Assembly: GCA_040775045.1 (NCBI GenBank)
Contig: JAXGTH010000001.1
Location: 1,117-65,116, forward strand
DNA length: 64,000 nt
Reading direction: 5' to 3'
Source: Bacteroidales bacterium
Lineage (GTDB): Bacteria > Bacteroidota > Bacteroidia > Bacteroidales > B18-G4
In this document: positions 38,723-46,746 of the stretch, piece after piece
Layout: each line of letters begins with the position of its first letter
Position numbering within the stretch: position 1 is the stretch's first letter
The notes under the pieces: model-generated
Database searches by the model: none
Told to the model about the DNA's origin: nothing
The model's input: the letters and a program-made list of their open reading frames with translations, nothing else
Program-made: the position numbers and the translations under genes

Positions 38723-39964
38723 ATGCCCATGAAGCCTGAATATTATACCCTCGCCAACGGCATCCGTCTTGTGCATATCCCCTCCGCAAGCCCTGTGGCC
38801 CACCTTGGTGTGTTCATCAATACAGGGACCCGGGATGAACCCGAGGGGAAGGCCGGCCTGGCACACTTCATTGAGCATATGATCTTCAAGGGCACCAGAA
38901 GGCGTAAGGCCTTCCATGTGCTCAACAGGCTCGAAAGCGTGGGTGGTGAACTCAATGCCTTTACCACCAAGGAATATACCAGCATTTATGCTTCCTTCCT
39001 GAACACATGGTACCCCCGTGCCATGGAATTGATAGCAGACATCATCTTCCATTCGGTATTCCCCGAGCGGGAGATCGGCAAGGAGAAAGATGTGGTGATC
39101 GAGGAGATCAACTCTTACAGGGACAACCCATCGGAGTTGATCTATGATGAATTTGAAAGCGCCCTCTTCCGCGGCCATCCCATGGGAAGGCCGATCCTGG
39201 GCGAACCTGATGATGTAAGGGCATTCACCCGCGATGACATTACCGGTTTTTTCGCCAGGCAGTATGCCAGCGACAATATGGTGATCTGCTCAGTAGGTGC
39301 CATTGGCTTTTCAAGGCTTGTGAAATATCTAGAACATCATTTCGGTGTTTCAAACGGCACCTCAACACTTTCCCTGCGAACAAAAAGTGATGAATACATC
39401 CCTTTCAGGGAAATACAGCAGCGGCAGACCTACCAGAGCCACAGCATCATCGGTAACAGGGCTTATGCACGCAGCGACGGGAGACGGTTAACCTTCGGGC
39501 TGCTCAATAACATCCTGGGCGGACCCGGAATGAATTCAAGGCTCAATATGAGCATACGCGAAAAGTACGGTTATGCCTACAGCATCGATTCCTTTTACTT
39601 CCCATACTCGGATACCGGCGTGTGGGGCATCTATATGGGAACCGACAACGGCTCTACGCAAAAGGCTGTCGACCTGGTGATGAAGGAACTGAACAAACTC
39701 CGGCAGGTCAGGCTCGGAAGCCTGCAACTCTCACAGGCCAGGAAACAATACCGCGGCCAGATTGCCATCGCTTTCGACAACAATGTGAATGTGATGCTCA
39801 GTGGCGGCAGGGGATACCTGCATGACGGGAAGCTGTTGAGTGTTGAAGATATCTTCGACCGCATCGACAGTGTGACGGACTCCCATATCCTGGAGGTTGC
39901 CAATGAAATCTTCAACCCTGAAATGATCAGTACACTTACCTATACGTCAACATGGAATTCATGA
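38723..39964 (+). CDS. M16-family (pitrilysin-like) zinc peptidase
   Basis: Inverted zinc motif 'HFIEHMIFKGT', with 'E' downstream in 'VVIEEI'. Confidence 0.85.
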   Translation: MPMKPEYYTLANGIRLVHIPSASPVAHLGVFINTGTRDEPEGKAGLAHFIEHMIFKGTRRRKAFHVLNRLESVGGELNAFTTKEYTSIYASFLNTWYPRAMELIADIIFHSVFPEREIGKEKDVVIEEINSYRDNPSELIYDEFESALFRGHPMGRPILGEPDDVRAFTRDDITGFFARQYASDNMVICSVGAIGFSRLVKYLEHHFGVSNGTSTLSLRTKSDEYIPFREIQQRQTYQSHSIIGNRAYARSDGRRLTFGLLNNILGGPGMNSRLNMSIREKYGYAYSIDSFYFPYSDTGVWGIYMGTDNGSTQKAVDLVMKELNKLRQVRLGSLQLSQARKQYRGQIAIAFDNNVNVMLSGGRGYLHDGKLLSVEDIFDRIDSVTDSHILEVANEIFNPEMISTLTYTSTWNS

Positions 39965-40602
39965 ACGATGAATTATGGGAGTACCTGGCAGGGCATTGCC
40001 AGCCTGAACCTGAATTGCTAAGGCGGCTTGACAGGGAAACCAATCTTAAGGTGCCCTATCCCAACATGCTGACCGGGCATCTGCAGGGGCGGTTTCTGGC
40101 ATTTATCAGCGGCCTGCTAAAACCGAAGAAGGTCCTGGAAATCGGAACCTATACCGGCTATTCTGCCCTTTGCCTGGCCGAAGGCATTGCCGGTGGCGGG
40201 AGTCTCATCACCATAGATAATAATCCCGAAGTAGAGGATATCGCAATGCGCTACTTCCGCGAAGCGGGATTTGAAAACACCATCAGCAGGCTGCAGGGTA
40301 ACGCCCTTGAAATACTCCCCACGATAAATGAAACCTTCGACCTGATCTATCTCGATGCCGATAAAGAGAACTATCCCCGCTATTTGTCCCTCTGCAAGGA
40401 AAAACTTAATCCGGATGGCTTGCTCATGGCTGATAATACCCTCTGGGGCGGGAAAGTGCTGGAGCCCGGCCATCCGGGCGACCAGGAAACTGCCGGGATT
40501 AAAACCTTTAACCGCATGGTGAAGGACGACCCCGCGATCGATGCTCTGATCCTGCCACTGCGCGACGGGATCACCCTGATCAGGTGGAAAACCGCCAATT
40601 AA
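39961..40602 (+). CDS. Class I SAM-dependent O-methyltransferase (caffeoyl-CoA OMT / Methyltransf_3 family)
   Basis: 'VLEIGTYTGYSALCLAEG' and 'IYLDADKENY'. ATG 39961 overlaps the M16 stop as ATGA; ATG 39952 is an alternative start. Confidence 0.8.
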   Translation: MNDELWEYLAGHCQPEPELLRRLDRETNLKVPYPNMLTGHLQGRFLAFISGLLKPKKVLEIGTYTGYSALCLAEGIAGGGSLITIDNNPEVEDIAMRYFREAGFENTISRLQGNALEILPTINETFDLIYLDADKENYPRYLSLCKEKLNPDGLLMADNTLWGGKVLEPGHPGDQETAGIKTFNRMVKDDPAIDALILPLRDGITLIRWKTAN

Positions 40603-40688
40603 ATCTGAACCGATATCTGAAATCTGAACTATGAACCTGTACTCATATCTCAGGGCTCATATCTCAAATCTCTTGTCTCATTTTCTCA
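40603..40688. repeat. Heptamer-type repeats ATCTGAA x3-4 followed by CTCATATCTCA x2 and CTCA-rich decay, filling the convergent intergenic gap
   Basis: atctgaa..atctgaaatctgaactatgaa..ctcatatctcagggctcatatctcaaatctc..ctca..ctca. Confidence 0.7.
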
Positions 40689-41195
40689 TCAGTTCGTCTT
40701 GAACCTGTATTTTACCTCTTTCAACTCCTCGTTGGCCTTCACGATCTTTTTTTTCAGGTTTTCCTTATAGGCCATGGTCTTTTTCAAGAGTTCGCCGTCG
40801 CCGGAGGCGATGATCTGGGCTGCCAGGATGCCGGCATTCAGCGCCCCGTTGATGCCGACCGTAGCTACCGGGATGCCCGGGGGCATCTGCACGATGGCCA
40901 GCAGCGAGTCCAGCCCGTCAAGACTTGCATTGATGGGCACACCGATCACGGGCAATGGCGTCATGGAAGCGATCACCCCGGGAAGATGGGCTGCCATGCC
41001 GGCACCGGCTATGATTACCTTGATGCCATTGTTCATGGCATTTTTTGCAAACTTTTCCACCTCTTCGGGCGTCCGGTGGGCGGAAAGGGCATTGATCTCA
41101 AACGGGATCTCCATTTCATCCAGAAAGGCAGCGGCCTTCTCCATTACCGGGAGATCGGAGGTGCTGCCCATGATGATGCTAACAAGTGCTTTCAT
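40689..41195 (-). CDS. purE: N5-carboxyaminoimidazole ribonucleotide mutase
   Basis: 'VSIIMGSTSDLPVM', 'SAHRTP' and 'IIAGAGMAAHLPGV'. Confidence 0.9.
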   Translation of the reverse strand: MKALVSIIMGSTSDLPVMEKAAAFLDEMEIPFEINALSAHRTPEEVEKFAKNAMNNGIKVIIAGAGMAAHLPGVIASMTPLPVIGVPINASLDGLDSLLAIVQMPPGIPVATVGINGALNAGILAAQIIASGDGELLKKTMAYKENLKKKIVKANEELKEVKYRFKTN

Positions 41196-41231
41196 ATGAT
41201 TGCTGGTTACTGGTTACTGTTAGCTGGCTAA

Positions 41232-41279
41232 TGGTTTCCGGTTGCCGATATTAAACCAGTGAAATATAGCCGGAAACCA
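41232..41279 (-). other. 10-bp-stem hairpin in the purE 5' leader
   Basis: TGGTTTCCGG at 41232-41241 pairs with CCGGAAACCA at 41270-41279, with a 28-nt loop. It lies between the predicted -7 box and the purE ATG. Confidence 0.3.
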
Positions 41280-41297
41280 AAAGCTAGTCTTACAGTG

Positions 41298-41318
41298 CAA
41301 AAATATCATTTATATTTG
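41298..41318. promoter_or_regulatory. Back-to-back divergent -7 boxes (TATTTTTG minus strand for purE, TATATTTG plus strand for hpt)
   Basis: CAAAAATA at 41298-41305 and TATATTTG at 41311-41318. Confidence 0.45.
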
Positions 41319-41349
41319 TAATACCGTTACCGTGCAAGATACAGCAATC

Positions 41350-41889
41350 ATGAAGAAGATCAGGGTCAGGGACAGAGAATTCTCGCTCTTCCTCTCAAAG
41401 GAGAACATTACAAAAGCCGTCGATCAGGTGGCGGAAATGATCAATGCCGAACTGGCCGGCACCGATCCCATCTTCCTCTGCGTGCTGAACGGGGCCTTTA
41501 TCTTTGCATCCGACCTGCTGAAAAAGATTAATTTCGACTGTGAGGTTTCCTTCGTAAAGTTGTCGTCGTATGTAGGAACCCAGACAACCAGCACGGTTCG
41601 GGAGCTGATCGGTCTCGACAGGGTGTTGACGGGCAGGACCGTGGTGGTGGTTGAAGACATCATCGATACCGGCATCACCATGGATTACACGGTTAACAAA
41701 CTGAAGGAACTGGGTGCGGCGGATGTCAGGATCGCCACGCTCCTGTTAAAGCCTGCGGCATTCAGGATGAAGTACCCGATCGATTATGTTGGCATCGTAA
41801 TACCGAATAAGTTCATCGTGGGCTATGGCCTCGACTATGACGGCCATGGCCGCAACCTGCCGGATATTTACCAGATCGTAGAGCACTAA
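41350..41889 (+). CDS. hpt: Hypoxanthine(-guanine) phosphoribosyltransferase
   Basis: 'VVVVEDIIDTGITM' is the PRPP-binding motif. ATG 41350 is preferred over the GTG 41332 of the ORF track. Confidence 0.85.
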   Translation: MKKIRVRDREFSLFLSKENITKAVDQVAEMINAELAGTDPIFLCVLNGAFIFASDLLKKINFDCEVSFVKLSSYVGTQTTSTVRELIGLDRVLTGRTVVVVEDIIDTGITMDYTVNKLKELGAADVRIATLLLKPAAFRMKYPIDYVGIVIPNKFIVGYGLDYDGHGRNLPDIYQIVEH

Positions 41890-41892
41890 ATA

Positions 41893-42882
41893 ATGGGTAA
41901 CTCTAACTTCGTCGACTATGTAAAGATCAACTGCCGTTCGGGCAGGGGAGGAGCGGGATCAGCCCACCTCCGGAGGGAAAAGTTCGTACCGAAAGGGGGC
42001 CCTGACGGCGGCGACGGTGGCAGGGGAGGGCATATTGTGTTACAGGGCAACGCCCAGCTCTGGACACTCCTTCATATGAAATTTACAAAACATATAAAAG
42101 CGGCGAATGGCGAAGCCGGTGGCAGGCAGATGAGCACGGGCGCCAACGGTCAGGATGAGGTGATCGAGGTGCCACTGGGCACTGTGGCGAAACTGTCAGA
42201 CACAGAACAAATGCTCTGTGAGATCACAGAAGATGGCGAACGCCATATCCTCCTGGAAGGCGGGAAAGGCGGACTCGGCAATGTGCATTTCAAGTCGCCA
42301 ACCAACCAGACACCCCGCTATGCGCAACCGGGCGAAGCCGGACGAGAAGCATGGATCACCCTTGAATTGAAATTACTGGCCGACGTCGGGCTCGTCGGAT
42401 TTCCCAATGCCGGTAAATCAACATTGCTTTCGGTGGTTTCGGCAGCTAAACCCGAAATTGCCGACTATCCCTTCACGACCCTCAGACCCAACCTGGGGAT
42501 CGTTTCCTACCGCGACCACCGTTCTTTTGTGATGGCCGATAGTCCCGGTATCATTGAAGGTGCCCACGAAGGCAAAGGCCTTGGCCTTCGATTCCTTCGG
42601 CATATCGAAAGGAACTCGCTGCTGCTGTTCCTGGTGCCCTGCGATACGGACGACATTTCGAAGGAATACGATGTCCTTTTGAACGAACTGGATAAATATA
42701 ATCCTGAACTGCTCGACAAGGAAAGGATTCTGGCCATCACCAAGACCGATATGATCGATGCGGAATTGCAGGCAGAGATCGAAAAAGAATTGCCGGATAT
42801 TCCTTATGTATTCATCAGCTCCGTGGCCCGTAAAGGGCTCACGGAACTAAAAGACCTGATCTGGAAAAAACTTAATGGCTGA
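41893..42882 (+). CDS. obg: GTPase Obg/CgtA
   Basis: '[38 protein letters not shown]' is the Obg fold, with the G1 motif 'GFPNAGKST'. Confidence 0.92.
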   Translation: MGNSNFVDYVKINCRSGRGGAGSAHLRREKFVPKGGPDGGDGGRGGHIVLQGNAQLWTLLHMKFTKHIKAANGEAGGRQMSTGANGQDEVIEVPLGTVAKLSDTEQMLCEITEDGERHILLEGGKGGLGNVHFKSPTNQTPRYAQPGEAGREAWITLELKLLADVGLVGFPNAGKSTLLSVVSAAKPEIADYPFTTLRPNLGIVSYRDHRSFVMADSPGIIEGAHEGKGLGLRFLRHIERNSLLLFLVPCDTDDISKEYDVLLNELDKYNPELLDKERILAITKTDMIDAELQAEIEKELPDIPYVFISSVARKGLTELKDLIWKKLNG

Positions 42883-43489
42883 TCTGATCGATAACCTTAT
42901 ACTATGGGACCGCAGCCTGTTCCTGGTCCTGAACGAAGCCCGCAGTGATTTCCTCGACTTCGTGATGTGGTGGGCCAGTGACAAATTTATCTGGATCCCT
43001 GTTTATGCCCTGTTCCTCTATCTTCTGTGGAGGCAATACAGGGGCAGGATTTGGATGGTGATCTTTTTTGCCGCCCTGCTCGTTTTTCTCAGCGATCAGA
43101 TTAGCGTACACCTGTTCAAGGATGTGGTACAACGGCTTCGTCCCTGCCATGAACCTGCCCTGGAAGGTATGGTGCAGCTCGTGAACAATAAGTGCGGAGG
43201 CCTGTATGGCTTTTATTCCTCACATGCCTCGAACATCTTCGCGATCAGCATTTTCTTTCTTTTACTTTACCGGAAGCATATGAGGTGGGCCATCCCGCTG
43301 GTCCTGGCCTGGGCATTGCTCATATGCTACAGCAGGATCTACCTTGGGGCCCATTACCCTGCCGACGTCATTGCCGGAGCAATTGCCGGCTCCATCCTGG
43401 GTTGGATGCTTGCAAGGTTCCTCAAAAACCTGATAAAACGGCAAACAATACCTTTGCCGTCGGAGAAAAGAACAAGTCCCGGGCCTTAA
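42875..43489 (+). CDS. PAP2-family phosphatase (undecaprenyl-diphosphatase/PgpB-like)
   Basis: PAP2 motifs 'QRLRP', 'SSHAS' and '[13 protein letters not shown]'. Confidence 0.8.
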   Translation: MADLIDNLILWDRSLFLVLNEARSDFLDFVMWWASDKFIWIPVYALFLYLLWRQYRGRIWMVIFFAALLVFLSDQISVHLFKDVVQRLRPCHEPALEGMVQLVNNKCGGLYGFYSSHASNIFAISIFFLLLYRKHMRWAIPLVLAWALLICYSRIYLGAHYPADVIAGAIAGSILGWMLARFLKNLIKRQTIPLPSEKRTSPGP

Positions 43490-43830
43490 TCTTCCTCAGG
43501 GTTGATCAGCTTATCAATCTCTTCCTTCAGCCTTTTATTCTCTTCAATTATCGCATCCATCTCTTTTTGAAGACCCTGCATCTCTTTTTTATCTTTTTCA
43601 GCTTCCTTTGCCAGTTTCTGGATGGTACCAGACATTTCCTTCTTTTCGCTGAGATGGGCTTTTATCTCTGCTTCCAGCTTCTGGATCTCCTTGCGGGCAT
43701 TGCCGAGATCTTTTTTATTCTGCTCACATTCCTTCCTTGAGCTGTCGAGATCGCCCTCCAGCCGCCGGATGTCCTGTATGCCTGATGTTAGCCTTTTCCT
43801 GATGATATCGAATTCTGTAATGATTGCCAT
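43486..43830 (-). CDS. Coiled-coil protein (114 aa)
   Basis: The sequence is Lys/Glu-rich with heptad character. I trimmed the start to ATG 43830 to avoid overlap with the upstream LysM gene. Confidence 0.5.
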   Translation of the reverse strand: MAIITEFDIIRKRLTSGIQDIRRLEGDLDSSRKECEQNKKDLGNARKEIQKLEAEIKAHLSEKKEMSGTIQKLAKEAEKDKKEMQGLQKEMDAIIEENKRLKEEIDKLINPEED

Positions 43831-43846
43831 GGCAGTGATTTTTTGA

Positions 43847-44362
43847 TTATTGACGAATAATGAGTTCCCTGCCGGCAACGATGAGGTCGGGATCTGTAAT
43901 TCCATTGTCGGCAGCGATTTCCGGATACCTGTTGCCATCGCCTAAATATTTAGCGGCAATATCGTAAAGGGTTTCCCCGGCCGCAATGATATGTTTGGTC
44001 TCCTTTGGCGTTGCGGCTTCCAGCCGGGCAAGCATCTCGGCCTCTTTCGCTTTCATCTCCGCAACATCTGATTTGAGTTGCTGGTTTTCGGCAGTGAGGG
44101 TCTGTATGGTGGTCTCGTAACCGGCCATCTTTTCCTGGTCCTCTGCAGAGGTGCCGGACGGCCCGGCAAAAAACAGGATCAGCAGGCATGCCACCAGGGC
44201 AATGAAAAACAGTATGATGAAGATCAAACTGGTCGTTTTTTGTCTTCGAAATGCACCTGCTGCTTTGTTCAGCGACCAGTATGCAGTCAGGTCGGTCTTG
44301 CACGAAGGGCAGGCAGACGTTCCGGCCTCCAGCCCTTTGTGGTTACAAATAGGACAGTCCAT
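43847..44362 (-). CDS. Zinc-ribbon / TM / coiled-coil / LysM-domain protein
   Basis: 'CPICNH..CPSC', TM 'LIFIILFFIALVACLLILFF', and the C-terminal LysM 'HIIAAGETLYDIAAKYLGDGNRYPEIAADNGI'. Confidence 0.7.
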   Translation of the reverse strand: MDCPICNHKGLEAGTSACPSCKTDLTAYWSLNKAAGAFRRQKTTSLIFIILFFIALVACLLILFFAGPSGTSAEDQEKMAGYETTIQTLTAENQQLKSDVAEMKAKEAEMLARLEAATPKETKHIIAAGETLYDIAAKYLGDGNRYPEIAADNGITDPDLIVAGRELIIRQ

Positions 44363-44468
44363 AGTTCAGGGTTTGTTTGGGTTAAATCGGAAGGATATAA
44401 ATATACGATATATTCGTGTTGTTTGCAAGTGTATATGATGCGAATGCAAAGTGCTAAGGATGACGATG

Positions 44469-44534
44469 CCTTGCTGCGCAAGGAAACTCTAAATCCTAAG
44501 CCTTGCTGTGCAAGGAAATCCTAAATCCTAAATC
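44469..44534. repeat. Two hairpin+heptamer units (CCTTGC-TGy-GCAAGG followed by CTAAATC-type heptamers)
   Basis: CCTTGCTGCGCAAGG at 44469-44483 and CCTTGCTGTGCAAGG at 44501-44515, each followed by (c)ctaaat(c)ctaa. Confidence 0.8.
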
Positions 44535-44538
44535 ACTA

Positions 44539-44831
44539 CTGTCCGGGATAATTTATTGCGAAACGATATAGTCTTTTATTGGAAGGGCTTTGGTGAGGGT
44601 AGACTGTTTAGAGCCTGCTTTGATGTTTTATTGTCTGCAATGCCTCGACTACCGCTCGGCATGACAAGGCACTGTTTTTTTAGGGAATAAGGGCGCGGCA
44701 CTCAATAACTTGATTTCATTGGTGTGCCGCGCCCGTATTCCTATTTTATTGACTTTGATTTGTCACCGCGAGCGAAGTCGAGCGGTTCTAACAATTACGC
44801 GTTTTTCGCTGCTTAGAAATATCCCGGACAG
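44539..44831. mobile_element. 293-bp non-coding palindromic, MITE-like element with 12-bp terminal inverted repeats
   Basis: TIRs are CTGTCCGGGATA (44539-44550) and TATCCCGGACAG (44820-44831). Internal imperfect IRs lie at 44641-44666 and 44761-44786. The central 18-bp stem is GGAATAAGGGCGCGGCAC (44684-44701) paired with GTGCCGCGCCCGTATTCC (44724-44741), with 1 mismatch. Confidence 0.35.
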
Positions 44832-44836
44832 CAATG

Positions 44837-44926
44837 ATCCTAAATCCTAAATCCTAAATTCTAAGTTCAAAATCATAAGCCTTGCTGCGCAAGGAAACCC
44901 TAAATTCTAAATTCTAATTCCTAAAG
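44837..44926. repeat. Heptamer array (ATCCTAA/ATTCTAA) with embedded hairpin CCTTGCTGCGCAAGG (44880-44894) and 18-nt IR copy (44859-44876)
   Basis: Read directly from the sequence. Confidence 0.8.
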
Positions 44927-44978
44927 AAATTTAAAATACAAAGGTTAAAGGCTAGAAAGTTTTGGGCGAACCTGAATT

Positions 44979-45353
44979 TCATCTGGTCTTGGTAACTATA
45001 GAACCGAATATTTTAGTCAGTTCCATTGCTTCCCTTACCAGAGATGCCCTTTCCATTTCAAGCATTTCATTTTCATACATATCCAGCAGGCGTAAAAAAA
45101 GCACACACTCCTTGGCTTCCTTCCTGCAAATCATGCTTCTGTACACGAAGTCCTTCCTGCTGATTGCCTCCCCAGCTTCAATATAATTGGCCGCGACAGA
45201 TCCTGAAGCCCTGATCAACTGCTTTCCGTCTTCAATGTTTGCCCTGGTCTTCATGATCTTCTTAAGGAATGACCTCACACTGATCGCAAACTTTTGCGTA
45301 CGTGCCTCAAGATCAAGTTTTCTCTCAGTTGTAATAGTATCCTTTTCTTCCAT
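44979..45353 (-). CDS. Four-helix-bundle protein (23S rRNA intervening-sequence protein family)
   Basis: 'LEARTQKFAISVRSFLKKI', 'QLIRASGSVAANYIEA' and 'F..R..ICRKEAKE' are typical of this family. Confidence 0.75.
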   Translation of the reverse strand: MEEKDTITTERKLDLEARTQKFAISVRSFLKKIMKTRANIEDGKQLIRASGSVAANYIEAGEAISRKDFVYRSMICRKEAKECVLFLRLLDMYENEMLEMERASLVREAMELTKIFGSIVTKTR

Positions 45354-45380
45354 GATTTATTAGTTTTGTTATTACCCCGC

Positions 45381-45396
45381 TTATTATATTAATACC
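45381..45396 (-). promoter_or_regulatory. Shared 16-nt upstream motif GGTATTAATATAATAA (minus-strand reading)
   Basis: It is identical to 37886-37901 and lies 28 nt upstream of the four-helix-bundle ATG. Confidence 0.4.
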
Positions 45397-45469
45397 CAAA
45401 AATTGAAAAAGTCACACCCTAAACGAGATTTTTTTTGAACTTAAAGCCTTTGGCCATTTGATTTTTATA

Positions 45470-45576
45470 ATGATTTTGAACTTAGAATTTTGAATTTATT
45501 TAGGATTTAGAATTTAGAGTTTGGGATTTCTTTTGGATTTTGGATTTAGGATTTAGAGCTTCCTTGCGAAGCAAGG
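45470..45576. repeat. Inverted copy of the heptamer array (TTTAGGA/TTTAGAA) with 18-nt IR copy (45470-45487) and hairpin CCTTGCGAAGCAAGG (45562-45576)
   Basis: 45470-45487 is the exact reverse complement of 44859-44876. Confidence 0.8.
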
Positions 45577-45602
45577 CCCATGCTTCAGAATTCCTAAAAT
45601 AC

Positions 45603-45610
45603 TATCTTTG
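45603..45610 (+). promoter_or_regulatory. -7 box TATCTTTG, 4 nt before ATG 45615 (leaderless-type spacing)
   Basis: Exact TAnnTTTG match. It lies inside the longer ORF-track version of the CDF gene. Confidence 0.4.
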
Positions 45611-45614
45611 CGTT

Positions 45615-46532
45615 ATGGAACCACGGCATCGCCAGATCATCACTGCATCATGGGTGAGCATTGCAGGAAATGCGCTGCTTTCGATCATGAAAATCACCGT
45701 TGGATTACTGGCGGGCAGTATGGCGGTAGTGGCCGACGGGGTGGACTCCGCCGGCGATATCCTCACTTCGGTGATCACGCTCATTACGGCGCACATCATG
45801 AGCCGGCCCCCTGATATCAAATACCCATATGGGTATGAGCGTGCCGATACCGTGGCATCCAAAGCCCTTTCCTTCGTGATTTTCTTTGCCGGTGCGCAGC
45901 TTGCCATTGCCACAGTGGATAAACTTCTCGAAGGGGGTCATGAAAAGGTGCCTGATATCTTTGCCATATGGGTGATCGTTGCTTCGATCCTCGGGAAGCT
46001 TCTGCTTGCGCTGTATCAGTTCCGGGTAGGGAAGAAGACCGGCTCCTCCATGCTGGTGGCCAACGCCCGCAATATGCAAAGTGATATGCTGATCTCCATG
46101 GCTGTGCTCATTGGATTGTTGTTCACTTTTATCTTAAATCTGCCCTTGATCGACAGCATTACGGCCCTGGCAGTTTCATTCTGGATCATGGCCACCGGTA
46201 TCCGCATCTTCTTCCAGACCAACCGTGATCTTATGGATGGCATGGACAACCCGGAATTATACAAGGAAGTATTCAGGCTGGCCTCAGAGGTTGAGGGCGC
46301 ATTTAATCCCCACGGGGCAAGGATCCGAAAGTCGGGCAATAAACTGGTGATCGAGATCCATATTGAGGTGTCCGGCTCCATAAGCGTTACGGAGGCACAT
46401 GATATCTCGCACCGCGTGGAAGCAAACATCAGGAAAAGCGTAAAGGATGTATACGATGTGATCATCCATGTTGAGCCATACGGTAATGTCGAAGCCGACG
46501 AGAAATTCGGCGTGTCGAACAAGGACGTATAA
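45615..46532 (+). CDS. Cation diffusion facilitator (CDF) family metal efflux transporter
   Basis: 'SIAGNALLSIMKITVGLLAGSMAVVADGVDSAGD' and a C-terminal cytoplasmic domain ending 'VIIHVEP'. Confidence 0.85.
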   Translation: MEPRHRQIITASWVSIAGNALLSIMKITVGLLAGSMAVVADGVDSAGDILTSVITLITAHIMSRPPDIKYPYGYERADTVASKALSFVIFFAGAQLAIATVDKLLEGGHEKVPDIFAIWVIVASILGKLLLALYQFRVGKKTGSSMLVANARNMQSDMLISMAVLIGLLFTFILNLPLIDSITALAVSFWIMATGIRIFFQTNRDLMDGMDNPELYKEVFRLASEVEGAFNPHGARIRKSGNKLVIEIHIEVSGSISVTEAHDISHRVEANIRKSVKDVYDVIIHVEPYGNVEADEKFGVSNKDV

Positions 46533-46746
46533 GGTTAACACCGGCCCTTAGGAAAATACTGGCTTCCCGCAAATGCCATGATCAAATTCATTGATGTGCC
46601 TGAAGCCCAATGCCTGCGGCATTCCGGCGGGCGATGATGTTAATAATTCCCTTAAAAACTCGGAAGTGCAAGATACCCCAACCGGAGAATTATATATAAT
46701 TTTACGCCTGATTTGTTTGAGTTATTGACCCAAAACCAACCCGGAC

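Noticed and set aside
44363-44978. A tRNA or other canonical RNA gene in the longest intergenic region.
   Set aside because: There is no cloverleaf, no GTTCGAATC-type T-loop and no anticodon-arm arrangement. The region is fully accounted for by hairpin-heptamer repeats and the palindromic element.
46533-46746. A possible purine, ZTP or other riboswitch upstream of purL.
   Set aside because: I found only a weak 6-bp hairpin (46609-46623) and could not find the conserved cores of the purine or ZTP (pfl) motifs by eye. An Rfam scan would be needed to say more.
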